From sequence record PP496438.1: 64,000 nt of DNA; one strand, 5' to 3'. The notes beneath the pieces are model-generated. The model did not search any database and had not been told where the DNA came from. It was given only the letters and a program-made list of their open reading frames with translations. The position numbers were made by a program, and so were the translations under genes. Shown one piece after another: positions 17,614 through 26,886 of the stretch (the stretch's first letter is position 1; every line of letters starts with the position of its first letter).

Positions 17614-17762
17614 CGCACCAACATCCATAGGCAGGTTGAAAAGCTGAATGTATCCCGGCAGTCAGACCACGTGAAGTATTCCCAGGTGAAAGCTGCAATG
17701 ATGATTGCGGCGATTGCGAGTAACCCCAGATTAGTAGTTAGCGCTGTATCCTTCTTACTCAT
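17610..17762 (-). CDS. Small membrane protein (50 aa; not in ORF track)
   Basis: MSKKDTALTTNLGLLAIAAIIIAAFTWEYFTWSDCRDTFSFSTCLWMLVR; RBS GGAGG; overlaps both neighbours. Confidence 0.6.
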   Translation of the reverse strand: MSKKDTALTTNLGLLAIAAIIIAAFTWEYFTWSDCRDTFSFSTCLWMLVR

Positions 17763-17949
17763 GGTTGCCTCCCGCGTTGGCCGCGTCCAGAATGCGGCGG
17801 GCGAAACCTTTGCGCTCTGCCATGCGCTTCATAGCTTTGCCGATGGCACGACCGAACAGGGTTAATCCAATACGGCTACGCATCTCTGCCCGTAGCCGGG
17901 GTGTGGCACGCTGTGGAATCTTCAAACCCCACCGATCTACCTTAGTCAT
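17755..17949 (-). CDS. Small basic protein (64 aa)
   Basis: ATGA overlap, RBS GGAG. Confidence 0.55.
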   Translation of the reverse strand: MTKVDRWGLKIPQRATPRLRAEMRSRIGLTLFGRAIGKAMKRMAERKGFARRILDAANAGGNHE

Positions 17950-18164
17950 GACTTATCTCCAGTCAGGGGTGTGACTCCCAGGTAATTGCCGATGCGCGGA
18001 ATGAACAATGGGCAGGCAGTTACACAGACCCAAGCAACGGACATGGGGAACACTACCCCTTGCAACATCGACCAGCCACATGCAAACAGGATGATCAGAC
18101 TAAGTACTGCGTAGTACGCGGACCAGATGATCAACCACCAAGCCTTACGGGACACGTTCTTCAT
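17946..18164 (-). CDS. Small two-TM membrane protein (72 aa)
   Basis: Start moved to 18164 (MKNVSRKAWW, RBS AAGGAG); two hydrophobic segments. Confidence 0.6.
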   Translation of the reverse strand: MKNVSRKAWWLIIWSAYYAVLSLIILFACGWSMLQGVVFPMSVAWVCVTACPLFIPRIGNYLGVTPLTGDKS

Positions 18165-19768
18165 TTGTTCCACTCCTTGCGAGCCTTTAGCTGGGCTTCG
18201 GTAGGGGCCACCCGGAATCGTGTGTTCTGGGGCGACAAGTTCTTGAGCAGTGTGGTGGTCACACATTCGTGCGGCGTGATATGCAGCAGCAGGTCACTGG
18301 CTCGGGTATACGACACGTATTGAACGTGGGGCAGCTGGCCGTCTTCACAGTCGAACCAGTCGTCGATCACCGCGACTCGTTCACTCTCCATCCCCTTCGC
18401 ACCCCATGAGGTGTTAAGTTCCACACCTTTGCCGTGGTCATTGGCAATGATCTTGGTGATGAACGTCTTCACTTCGGCAGCGCTACCAAGGTCCCAGTTG
18501 GTGACGATGTACAACGCAGCGTCTGCGGCATCCTTGATCAGTGGTTCCTTTGCCTCCTTACGCAAATCATCCAACGCCTTAACGAAGTCAAGAGTGGACT
18601 TGCGACCACAACGCATGGCGACACCAATCACCTGCTCAAGCACTTTGGCTTTCTTGAAGGTAACCTCCAGTCCGCGATCCATGTACTCCAGCGCGATGCG
18701 GATCAGATGCTTGTTGCGGGCGCTGACCACACGCTGCACGTCGAACTTGATCATGCTCTTGATGCGGTACGGGTCCTTCTTGGTGTGCGCCGTCAGCATC
18801 TTGACTTGCCCACCCTCGGCGAAGGCTTCAAGCGGCACATCGGGGAATCGACCCTTGACGAACTCGACGATCTTCGATTTGGACCGGTACGTGGTGGTAG
18901 ACGGCAATCTCTTAGCGTTGAACTCCTTGAACATGTCAGCCATGCCCGCGCTCAACCCACCTCGGAACGCATAGATGGCCTGCCATGGATCACCGACGAA
19001 GACGAACAACATGCCCGGCTTCAACCGGCGGAACAGGCGAAGCGTGTCGTGCTGCACAAGGTTGAAGTCTTGGAACTCATCGACGAACAACACGTCCGGC
19101 AGGATCTTCGCCAGCGTGGCGTACTGCGTGCGGATAAAGCTGTTGGCCAGAACCATGCGGCTCATGTCGTTGAAGTCTACCGACGACGTGGTCTCATCAC
19201 TGGCTTCCAGCGCCTCACATATTTCAGGAAGCAGTGGCACCACCTTCTCATGGGGAATCAAGAAGCGGTACTTGCCGGTGATCAGTTCCTTGATCTGCTT
19301 GGGGTCGCTGTAGGGAATGCCCAATTCACGGATACGCTCTCCGTGCCAGCGGATGTCCTTGTTCACACGAGGCCCGTCTTGGGGGAACAGTGCGTCCACC
19401 ACCTGGAACCACTTGTCGAACATGATCGGTACGGCCTTGGCACCCGTCAACGTCTTGAACAACTCCAGCCCGTAGCTGTGCATGGTGGAACTGGAGACCG
19501 CCCGATCCTTAATACGCCGATCGAACACCTTGGCGTTGTCCGTGTTGAACACGATGGCGCGCATGGTCAGCTTCGGGCACTCTTTACGAATGCGGCGGAT
19601 AGTCTCGATGATCAGGGTGGTCTTACCCGATCCGGCACCGGCGTCGATGCCCACTGCGTCTTGTGGCTTGCCGGTGTACAAGTCTTTAGGCATCGACTTG
19701 GCTTTCTTCAAGATCTCGTTGAAGATGTCATTCTGTTGCTTGGACCAAACTCTTTCAGTAGTGGACAT
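18161..19768 (-). CDS. Superfamily 1 (UvrD/Rep-like) helicase
   Basis: DAGAGSGKTT (Walker A), LFVDEFQD, VGDPWQAIYAFRG, TTYRS, GAKGMES, YVSYTRA. Confidence 0.9.
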   Translation of the reverse strand: MSTTERVWSKQQNDIFNEILKKAKSMPKDLYTGKPQDAVGIDAGAGSGKTTLIIETIRRIRKECPKLTMRAIVFNTDNAKVFDRRIKDRAVSSSTMHSYGLELFKTLTGAKAVPIMFDKWFQVVDALFPQDGPRVNKDIRWHGERIRELGIPYSDPKQIKELITGKYRFLIPHEKVVPLLPEICEALEASDETTSSVDFNDMSRMVLANSFIRTQYATLAKILPDVLFVDEFQDFNLVQHDTLRLFRRLKPGMLFVFVGDPWQAIYAFRGGLSAGMADMFKEFNAKRLPSTTTYRSKSKIVEFVKGRFPDVPLEAFAEGGQVKMLTAHTKKDPYRIKSMIKFDVQRVVSARNKHLIRIALEYMDRGLEVTFKKAKVLEQVIGVAMRCGRKSTLDFVKALDDLRKEAKEPLIKDAADAALYIVTNWDLGSAAEVKTFITKIIANDHGKGVELNTSWGAKGMESERVAVIDDWFDCEDGQLPHVQYVSYTRASDLLLHITPHECVTTTLLKNLSPQNTRFRVAPTEAQLKARKEWNK

Positions 19769-19799
19769 GGGTTTACCTTAACGCTTCACGGTTTCCATC

Positions 19800-19833
19800 C
19801 ATTTACACGAGGCCTATGCGCGTGGGGTAAATG
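19800..19833. promoter_or_regulatory. Back-to-back GTAAAT elements (divergent promoter)
   Basis: CATTTAC (19800-19806) and GTAAATG (19827-19833) form an inverted pair at the strand switch, one serving each divergent gene. Confidence 0.65.
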
Positions 19834-19895
19834 AGCGTATAGCAATCGAATACGTGGAATTAGCCCTTAACGGCGTCCCCACTAGCGGAGAACAC

Positions 19896-21374
19896 ATGAA
19901 ATCTGTAGCCGTTGACTACCAAAAGATAGCCAAGGAATGCCAGTGTACCGAGCTGCCTTCTAAGGTAAGAGTTACGCGTGCACGGGTCTATCCAAACTTG
20001 AGGACGTGCCTACTCTTCCTCAAGTACGATGCCAAAGGCGATCTGGTGCAAGCCGAGATCACTGCGCCGTACGACACTTCCACCGAGCCAAAGGTGCGTG
20101 TGCTCAAGCACCCGGACAAGAAGTCCGACTTCCTTTCATTATATAGAGCGCTGATCCGCCATCAGATCATACCCGAGTCTATTCCGAAGAAAGGTAACGG
20201 GATTGCACCGACGCTGGAGGTAATCGGCACACTGGTGAGCCTGCTGCCGGAACGGGATGTCGAAACCTTCCGAACCCTGACCCCGGCCATCCAGACTGGC
20301 AGCGTCATGTACGTCCCTCTGGTTACGTCCCGGCCAATGCCCATGGTGCAACACTGGATACCCGTTGACCAGCATTCAGAGCTGGGCATGATCGAGCTGG
20401 TCGATACGGATAGCAAGCCTTTCCTTAATCAGTGGGTCAACAGGTTGAGCAACACCGCCACCGGTTATGTGATCTACACCCCGGAAGGCTCACACGGTCA
20501 GGAACTCGCCTGCTTCCGTGTGCCCAATGTGCAAGGAGAGGAACTGTGCGTGGTCAAGAAGGTGGACTTCACCCTTACCGTTGCTCGCACCCTCAAGCCG
20601 GTACTGACCGTCTCCACCAAGAGTACGCGTGCCGTATCCCGCATTCCCCTACCCCACTATCTGATGCTGCGCAATCACCACATCAAGGTGGGCACGGTTA
20701 TTTCCCTGCGGCGTAACGACCGAGGTGGGTTGGTGTACCATGAGACGGTGGCAGAGGAAGGGATGACACCTCTGCCACTGTGCCCACATTGCCATAGTGG
20801 ATCTGTGCTGCGAAGTAGTAGCAATGACGTGTACTGCAATAACGATTCATGCCGAGGCCTAGCCATCGTGCGACTTCGCTACATCTTGAACAACAAGCTG
20901 GACGTCAAGTACCTGAGTCAGAACAAGGTGACGGCGTTGGTCAACGACAAGCAGGACCTGTTCAGCTTGCTCAAGACACCGACTCACCTATTGCGGCACA
21001 GAGCGGGCTTCGGTGCACGTACGGTGGATGCGCTGGAAGAGAAGCTGAACACTATCGCCGGTCTTCCACTGCACACGCTGGCCGAGATGTCCTGCGCTTT
21101 CTACAACGTGGGTGTGCCCCCGCTGGATGAGATGGTGTTCAAGAAGATCTTTTCCGTGATGTCGCTTGACCACCTGAAAGCACTGCCCTCCACCGGTAAG
21201 ATGTACAGCCAGTTGCTCGACATCGAAGGTATCCGCAACAACCGCGCAGTGGCTTTCCTCGCTGGTTGGCCTGCATTTCAACAGTGGATGATAGATCTTA
21301 ACGCTGCCCTACAGTCTCGTAGCGCAATCTCCTCCACGGTAAATAACCCGAAACAAATTCGAGGTGTTAAATGA
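19896..21374 (+). CDS. Degenerate NAD+-dependent DNA ligase homologue (OB, C4 Zn finger and HhH retained; KxDG lost)
   Basis: Start moved to 19896 (RBS GGAG). By-eye colinearity with LigA: LEVIGTL, ACFRVP, VKKVDFTLTVARTLKPVL, IKVGTVISLRR, CPHC..YCNNDSC, GFGARTV, DIEGI. The KLDG position reads NLRT. Confidence 0.7.
   Translation: MKSVAVDYQKIAKECQCTELPSKVRVTRARVYPNLRTCLLFLKYDAKGDLVQAEITAPYDTSTEPKVRVLKHPDKKSDFLSLYRALIRHQIIPESIPKKGNGIAPTLEVIGTLVSLLPERDVETFRTLTPAIQTGSVMYVPLVTSRPMPMVQHWIPVDQHSELGMIELVDTDSKPFLNQWVNRLSNTATGYVIYTPEGSHGQELACFRVPNVQGEELCVVKKVDFTLTVARTLKPVLTVSTKSTRAVSRIPLPHYLMLRNHHIKVGTVISLRRNDRGGLVYHETVAEEGMTPLPLCPHCHSGSVLRSSSNDVYCNNDSCRGLAIVRLRYILNNKLDVKYLSQNKVTALVNDKQDLFSLLKTPTHLLRHRAGFGARTVDALEEKLNTIAGLPLHTLAEMSCAFYNVGVPPLDEMVFKKIFSVMSLDHLKALPSTGKMYSQLLDIEGIRNNRAVAFLAGWPAFQQWMIDLNAALQSRSAISSTVNNPKQIRGVK
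21339..21344 (+). promoter_or_regulatory. GTAAAT element before first QueC-like gene
   Basis: 32 nt upstream of the 21371 start. Confidence 0.45.
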
Positions 21375-22135
21375 ACAATCAAAACAGAACTCGTATCGCT
21401 GTGCTTGTCGGCGGCGGTCTGGACTCACATGCGTACATGGTGTTGAAAGCCGACCAGCCTCAGACAGACTTCATTCATGTGGACTACGGCCAGCGGGTTG
21501 CAGTAGCCGAGAGAAACGCCGTGTTGCAAATGGCTGAGAAGCTGGGCATTGCCCGCAGCCGGGTGTACACGCTGATCTGCAACAAGAAGAATCACATGCG
21601 CAAGGTCAATGACGGTGTGGGTGTGTTGTTTGGCACCGGCCCGGTCGAGATGGACAATGCGTTTGTTAAGGGGCGTAACCTGTTCCTGATTCAGAAGGCC
21701 ATCGAGCTGGGCTACGGTCACGTGCACCTGACGCTGACCCAAGAGCGTGGCCGGATGTTCCCCGATGCCGATCTGGCATTCGTCCAGCTGGTGGACAACC
21801 TGATGCACCGCAGTTATGACGTGAGGGTGTCCGCACCCTACATCATGGAAGACAAACACCGGGTGATGTTCAAGGCGTATCGGCACTGTCCCGAGTTCAT
21901 CGATATGTCTTTCACGTGCTGGGTAGGTCCTTATGTGGAATGCGGAACGTGCCCGCACTGCTACAAGAAGGAAAAGATTCGAGCCGAGATGATCGTTGAG
22001 AAGATTGAATACGATCTCAGCAAGGATGAACGTGAGGCGCAGTGGGAGCAAGTCAAGGCAGGCTACGGCGACGCGTTGAAGCCCGCTGAGACCATCAACA
22101 TGAACATTCAGGTTGTTGACGGGGAAATGAAATGA
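21371..22135 (+). CDS. queC: QueC-like PP-loop ATP pyrophosphatase 1 (divergent)
   Basis: VLVGGGLDS (SGGxDS variant), VDYGQR, KGRNLF, FPDAD, FTCW..ECGTCPHC (Zn site). Confidence 0.8.
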   Translation: MNNQNRTRIAVLVGGGLDSHAYMVLKADQPQTDFIHVDYGQRVAVAERNAVLQMAEKLGIARSRVYTLICNKKNHMRKVNDGVGVLFGTGPVEMDNAFVKGRNLFLIQKAIELGYGHVHLTLTQERGRMFPDADLAFVQLVDNLMHRSYDVRVSAPYIMEDKHRVMFKAYRHCPEFIDMSFTCWVGPYVECGTCPHCYKKEKIRAEMIVEKIEYDLSKDEREAQWEQVKAGYGDALKPAETINMNIQVVDGEMK

Positions 22136-22893
22136 ACAAGTTCTTAGGTTGGTTCAAGCGTCTGCTGGGTAAGGAGCAAAAGGCGGTAACGATGACAATG
22201 ACCGACGCCAGTGGCAAGTTGGTCACCATTCATATACCTAAAGGTGCTGGGGTTGAGTACACCTTGTCGAAGTCGGGTGCCCACTTGAACGTCTCGGTCA
22301 AGGACGACATCTTCGTATTGAGCACGAACGGTGCTGGAGGCGGTGGGGGTGGCCGCGGTAGATCCAAACCTGGTGGCCCCGTCCATCCGCCCGTGCATCC
22401 GCGCCAAACCGTCCCAGTGGGTCCAGGCGCCCCGAACATGGGTTGCGCTGGGGACGCACCGAGTGGAGCAGGTGTAACGTCGCCAGTGGGCGCTCAAGCT
22501 TCGTTCCCTATCGGTGCCCGAGCCACTGTTTCTGGTGGTGGCCGCGTTGGTGGTCTGGCGGGTGACGGACGGGAACACAGAGAACTCGGAGGTGCACCCG
22601 GTCCCGGCGGAGATAGCTTCGTGCCCTCTCCAATCCGTAGTAGTGACCGAGCCTATCGCATCCGCGGTCTGTACTACGTCATTACGACTCGAAAGCTTAC
22701 AGGTGAGGAGTACCCGACCCACGAACTTCTGCACTGGGGCCTTCGAGACATAGAACTCATGGGCAAGTTCTCAACGGTCCGTGAAGCTATCGACGAACTC
22801 AAGAGTAAGCTGGGTATCGTGTTAGACGATATTACGGACTATCAGGTTGACTCCATTCCCAAACGAATGTGCAAACCACCGCACAAATCTTGA
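22132..22893 (+). CDS. Hypothetical protein with Gly/Pro-rich disordered middle
   Basis: ATGA overlap with queC-like 1; amphipathic N-terminus, ~100 aa Gly/Pro/Ala-rich linker, globular C-terminus. Confidence 0.6.
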   Translation: MNKFLGWFKRLLGKEQKAVTMTMTDASGKLVTIHIPKGAGVEYTLSKSGAHLNVSVKDDIFVLSTNGAGGGGGGRGRSKPGGPVHPPVHPRQTVPVGPGAPNMGCAGDAPSGAGVTSPVGAQASFPIGARATVSGGGRVGGLAGDGREHRELGGAPGPGGDSFVPSPIRSSDRAYRIRGLYYVITTRKLTGEEYPTHELLHWGLRDIELMGKFSTVREAIDELKSKLGIVLDDITDYQVDSIPKRMCKPPHKS

Positions 22894-22897
22894 GCGG

Positions 22898-22903
22898 GTA
22901 AAT
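22898..22903 (+). promoter_or_regulatory. GTAAAT element
   Basis: Intergenic, 34 nt upstream of 22932. Confidence 0.55.
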
Positions 22904-22931
22904 GGCTCGCAACTAATCCGGAGACACTAGC

Positions 22932-23750
22932 ATGACCACTACACCCCCTAAGATTATCGTCGCATTCAGCGCTGGCACAGATTCAACCACAGCGGCCTAT
23001 TACTATCGCAAGCTCGGGTATCAGGTTACGCTGGCTGTCTTCGATGATGGCCCCTGCAACGATCCAAAGGATCCTCTGTACGATCCTAACAAGCCGGAAG
23101 ATCTTACCAATTTCTCCGACGAGTTCTACGATTACGTACGAATCCATCAAGAACACACTGAGGGTCACCTGCAGTTCGACTTTGTGGAGATCCGTTACCC
23201 ACAGCTCCCGTTGTTGGAAGCCAACAAGACGGCTAAACCTGGTCGGGACAACGCGGCGGCAGCCGAAGCTGACGGCTTGGGGTTCTGGGTAGGCTTCAAA
23301 GGCCTGATGGCGATGATGCTGATGAGCCACGGCGCGGCCAACGGTTACGAGGCTGTAGTCTTCGGCCACATGCCGTACAACAACCATTACGAAGATGAGC
23401 TGCCGCAGAACTTCGAGCTGCTGCGCCAGTACATGGTTACGGCCTATGGTAGCCGGGTGACTATTCCTCAGGTCTATCACCCGTTCTACCGACCCAACTT
23501 TGATACCAAAGAAAAGGTTATCCAGCTGGCGTTGAACATCGGTGTGCCACTGGGAGATACTTATTCGTGCCGCCGAGGTGAAGCGGAAACCCGAGGCGTC
23601 CTCCTGCCACTTCTGCGCGGCGGTAAATCCAACTACGTGATGCCCACCTACCGCTGGAAGCATTGCGGAACGTGTGAGAACTGTGTAGAACGCAAGCGAG
23701 CTTTCGCCGCGCTGGGCATGAAAGACCCAGCCCCTTATATGGAACATTGA
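22932..23750 (+). CDS. queC: QueC-like PP-loop ATP pyrophosphatase 2 (divergent)
   Basis: IVAFSAGTDSTT, YEDELPQNF (cf. YPDCRPEF), TKEKVIQLALNIGVPLGDTYSC ... HCGTCENCVERKRAF. Confidence 0.8.
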   Translation: MTTTPPKIIVAFSAGTDSTTAAYYYRKLGYQVTLAVFDDGPCNDPKDPLYDPNKPEDLTNFSDEFYDYVRIHQEHTEGHLQFDFVEIRYPQLPLLEANKTAKPGRDNAAAAEADGLGFWVGFKGLMAMMLMSHGAANGYEAVVFGHMPYNNHYEDELPQNFELLRQYMVTAYGSRVTIPQVYHPFYRPNFDTKEKVIQLALNIGVPLGDTYSCRRGEAETRGVLLPLLRGGKSNYVMPTYRWKHCGTCENCVERKRAFAALGMKDPAPYMEH

Positions 23751-23751
23751 T

Positions 23752-24741
23752 ATGGCCCTTTCAATCTGGCCGCTGACCGAAGGTGAACTCGGTCAGGGCC
23801 TCGTCAACGAACTGAATCGTACCAGCAAGGCGCTGGTGAACCGGAGTATGTGGTCTTTGCCATTGCTCCGGCGTTTGTTTTATCGGCGCACCGAGATTGG
23901 TGTCCCGGAGCTACTCCACGTCTGTACCAGCATTCATCGGGGCAAGACTTACTTCTGCCTGTTGGTGAACTTCCGAGACGTGGTGATGGGCAATCCCGAC
24001 CAGTATGGCTGGGATCTGGCGGGCCGCTGGTTGTTCTACGACGTTGATCTGCTGGACACCCCGCCGTTCAAAGCGGTGAAGAAGTCCGTTGAGTCCCGTG
24101 CTACCAAGACCGAAGTGTCGTACGGTCAGGCTTTCCTCCCTTACGAGAAGAGCGATGAGGAATACGTCAAGTCCCTCAAGGGCAACTACAAGCCCCACAT
24201 CTTCGGCGAGAAGTCCAAGCAGTATCGCATCTCATCGTACTTCGGACTGGCAGCGGTAGCCCCCTTCGCTCAAGCTCTGATGTGCTTCGGCATTCAGCGC
24301 GCCGAAAGGTTTATGGCCGAAGGGCAGAACGATGTCCTCCCCGAATTGTACGACCTGCCACTGCAACTGGCTGGTCTTGGTAACATCTCGAACACCCGCA
24401 TCGGCTGTGTGACCATTGAAGTAGAAGGTACGATGGTAGGTGCTATCAGCATGTATGCTCAAGGTGCACTTGGTGATGCTGACATGCTGTATCTGCATGA
24501 AATCCTCATCGACCCGGACCCCAAGTGGAAGAGCTTGTCACTGGCTACTCTGCTGCACATTCATGCCGTCCTGTACTATCGCCGATCCCTCCAGAAAGAC
24601 GTAGTGTTCAATCTGGGCTACAACTTCGCCGACGGATATCAAGGTTACAAGGATGTCTTCCGGCCCAACGCCAATAGCTTCAACGTGTACACCGAGATGG
24701 ACACCGAGCCCGGCGTACCACTGTCCTGTTTCAAGGGGTAA
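23752..24741 (+). CDS. Fem/BioF2-type GNAT-fold protein 1
   Basis: C-terminal GNAT strands (IEVEGTMVGAISM, YLHEILIDP) ending FNLGYNFADGYQGYKDVF, like the D/N-x-G...YK terminal motif of this clan. Confidence 0.5.
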   Translation: MALSIWPLTEGELGQGLVNELNRTSKALVNRSMWSLPLLRRLFYRRTEIGVPELLHVCTSIHRGKTYFCLLVNFRDVVMGNPDQYGWDLAGRWLFYDVDLLDTPPFKAVKKSVESRATKTEVSYGQAFLPYEKSDEEYVKSLKGNYKPHIFGEKSKQYRISSYFGLAAVAPFAQALMCFGIQRAERFMAEGQNDVLPELYDLPLQLAGLGNISNTRIGCVTIEVEGTMVGAISMYAQGALGDADMLYLHEILIDPDPKWKSLSLATLLHIHAVLYYRRSLQKDVVFNLGYNFADGYQGYKDVFRPNANSFNVYTEMDTEPGVPLSCFKG

Positions 24742-24744
24742 GAC

Positions 24745-25746
24745 ATGTACACTCCGTATTCCCAAAACAGCCTTATGCAGTCGATCCCTCTGGATGACCA
24801 AGGTACATTCGCCCATCCACCGTACACGATGGAAGGAGAGTTCACCGACGTGTGGACGAATCCCAGCCTGTACGGGTTTGTTAGCTTGTTGAACGGTCAG
24901 AGCAATAGCCGGGCATATCGAGACTGGATGACCACCCACAATCTTCCAGCCCTGTTCCTCGGTCCGCACCATGAAGACAACTTCTGGTTTGAATTCAGCA
25001 CTGGTCTCGATTCCAACTGCACGCTGGATTACAACGAGATCAACGTCCAAGGCAACCTGCAGGACTTCCTTGGGAGATTGACGTCATCTCGCCGTCGCTC
25101 CGTGCTCAAGGCAAAGGAAACGGATACAATGATCCACAAGGCAGGCTCGGTAGCCAACTTCAACCTGTATCATCCGGTAGAGGGTAGGCTGTATAGTCTG
25201 ACCGTGATTCACGAACGCCGGGTGATGAAAGATATTTCCGAGTTTATCGAATCGAAACTCTGGAGTATGAAGCATACGCCTACTGACCTCACGTACGGTG
25301 CATTCACCACTCTGATGGACTACATCCGGTTGAAGCAGCGAGATGACACGCCGCTGGGCCACCGGTTGCGCAACGTACAGCTCTTGGTTATCCGAGATGA
25401 ACGCTCCGGGTTTATCGTGTCGGTACACCTGGTGGCGATCACCACGTTGAAAGATGAGTCCATGAACCCCATCAAGACGTACATGCACTCCTTCGCACGC
25501 ATCACTGTTCTCCCTGCACGCATCGCCTTACTTGCGTTGATCAAGGCGGTTCAAGAGTTAAACGTCACCAGTCAGTATGCGTCCCGTGCACTGGCGAAGA
25601 TCGACTATCTTGATGTGAGCAACGTGGTGCTGTCCGAGCGAGAGCAGTACAAGTCGGACTTCTTCACCGGCAAATGCCAAGTGCGTGCGTGGGCATCCCC
25701 GGCGCTGCTGGAACGGCAGTTACCTTTCGTCACGCCGATCCCGTAA
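24745..25746 (+). CDS. Fem/BioF2-type GNAT-fold protein 2
   Basis: LQDFLGRLTSSRRRSVLKA helix and terminal YLDVSN...EQYKSDF. Confidence 0.5.
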   Translation: MYTPYSQNSLMQSIPLDDQGTFAHPPYTMEGEFTDVWTNPSLYGFVSLLNGQSNSRAYRDWMTTHNLPALFLGPHHEDNFWFEFSTGLDSNCTLDYNEINVQGNLQDFLGRLTSSRRRSVLKAKETDTMIHKAGSVANFNLYHPVEGRLYSLTVIHERRVMKDISEFIESKLWSMKHTPTDLTYGAFTTLMDYIRLKQRDDTPLGHRLRNVQLLVIRDERSGFIVSVHLVAITTLKDESMNPIKTYMHSFARITVLPARIALLALIKAVQELNVTSQYASRALAKIDYLDVSNVVLSEREQYKSDFFTGKCQVRAWASPALLERQLPFVTPIP

Positions 25747-25750
25747 CTCT

Positions 25751-25756
25751 GTAAAT
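25751..25756 (+). promoter_or_regulatory. GTAAAT element
   Basis: Intergenic, 50 nt upstream of 25801. Confidence 0.55.
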
Positions 25757-25800
25757 GATGGGAACAGCCCCACCATCACTTCATCTCTAGGGTAGTTCCC

Positions 25801-26853
25801 ATGCAAGACTTCGATAAGATAATGATCGATAGTAGTTTGACATCCAATCTGGTGTACGCAGGGTTGGGTAACTTGATCACGCCCCGCGCACTTGACCTGC
25901 TGATCGAACATCAGGCTGCACTGGAAAACGTATACGCCAATCTGGAAACGGCCTATCAGATTACCCCACCCTTCCCCTGTGAAGCTGCATTCAATTCCCC
26001 TGACAAAGATCCTGTGCTGGTCGCCGACTATCTGAATGCTACTCCCGCCATCCGTTGCGGAGAGCTGTCTGGATTCGAGGCAAAGCCCGGCAGTTACTAC
26101 CATGCGCCCGCCGCTGGTATCTCCCCGGAACATCGCATTGACGTACGTGGTATGTCTTTGCGTGAGTTCGACCACTATCTGGTTGAGCGTAAGGAAGTAT
26201 CCCGTATCACTACCAATCTGGTGGCCGACAAGTTCCGCTGTGAGACGCATGTGTACAAAGTGGATGAAGATCATATCCTGATCCATGACGCCGAACGAGT
26301 TGGGATCAGCCAGACGGACTTCCGCCGCATGTGGGCGCAGACCCGCCGCCGGGAAATCGCTGAAAACTATCTGCAGTACATGCCCATCGAAGATTCCGCC
26401 AAGGATGATCAGGTGGTGCGACTGATCAACGAAGACGTAGCACGGGTGTTCGCCCAGAACGTCGACTACGACCGCATGATTCCGCCCGAGCTGATCTTCG
26501 ATGGTCAGGGCAAGCCGGTGCTGACCGTGCTGAAAGATTGCAACGCCAAGGTATTGGGCATTGGTGTGTACGTCATCTACAAGTCAGCTGACCCAGAGCA
26601 TGACAGCGAACTGCACTGGCGTGGCGCTTTCTACGATCACGAAGATCCTCGCGTAGCATCCATGGGCATTGAACACGCTCTGGTTGCCAGCGCACTGCAC
26701 ACAGCGTACGCCTGCAACGCGGTCCTCTATCTGACCAAGGCACCTAAGTCCGTGTGCGACGCATGGAAGACGGAAGTGCACCAAGGTTACGGTCTGGTCC
26801 GTAATGCGATGCCGGAACTGTCTGACACCCCTTACATTCTGGCTATCCAGTAA
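25801..26853 (+). CDS. GNAT-fold protein 3 (weakest member of the set)
   Basis: FDHYL helix, VLGIGVYV strand, HWRGAFYD...GIEHALV, terminal LYLT...AWKT; similar size and layout to neighbours. Confidence 0.4.
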   Translation: MQDFDKIMIDSSLTSNLVYAGLGNLITPRALDLLIEHQAALENVYANLETAYQITPPFPCEAAFNSPDKDPVLVADYLNATPAIRCGELSGFEAKPGSYYHAPAAGISPEHRIDVRGMSLREFDHYLVERKEVSRITTNLVADKFRCETHVYKVDEDHILIHDAERVGISQTDFRRMWAQTRRREIAENYLQYMPIEDSAKDDQVVRLINEDVARVFAQNVDYDRMIPPELIFDGQGKPVLTVLKDCNAKVLGIGVYVIYKSADPEHDSELHWRGAFYDHEDPRVASMGIEHALVASALHTAYACNAVLYLTKAPKSVCDAWKTEVHQGYGLVRNAMPELSDTPYILAIQ

Positions 26854-26862
26854 ATAGCCGGT
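26850..26862 (+). promoter_or_regulatory. GTAAATAGCCGGT element
   Basis: 37 nt upstream of 26887; identical 13-mer before queE at 55765. Confidence 0.55.
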
Positions 26863-26886
26863 AACTCCATCCATTGAGGTACTTCC

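Noticed and set aside
19854-21374. Annotation as a functional DNA ligase
   Set aside because: KxDG lysine and NAD-binding domain Ia are not recognisable
21371-23750. Simple queuosine tRNA-modification auxiliary pathway
   Set aside because: No queF, tgt or queA in the window; both QueC-like proteins are divergent and sit in a ligase/acyltransferase cluster. Not fully excluded.
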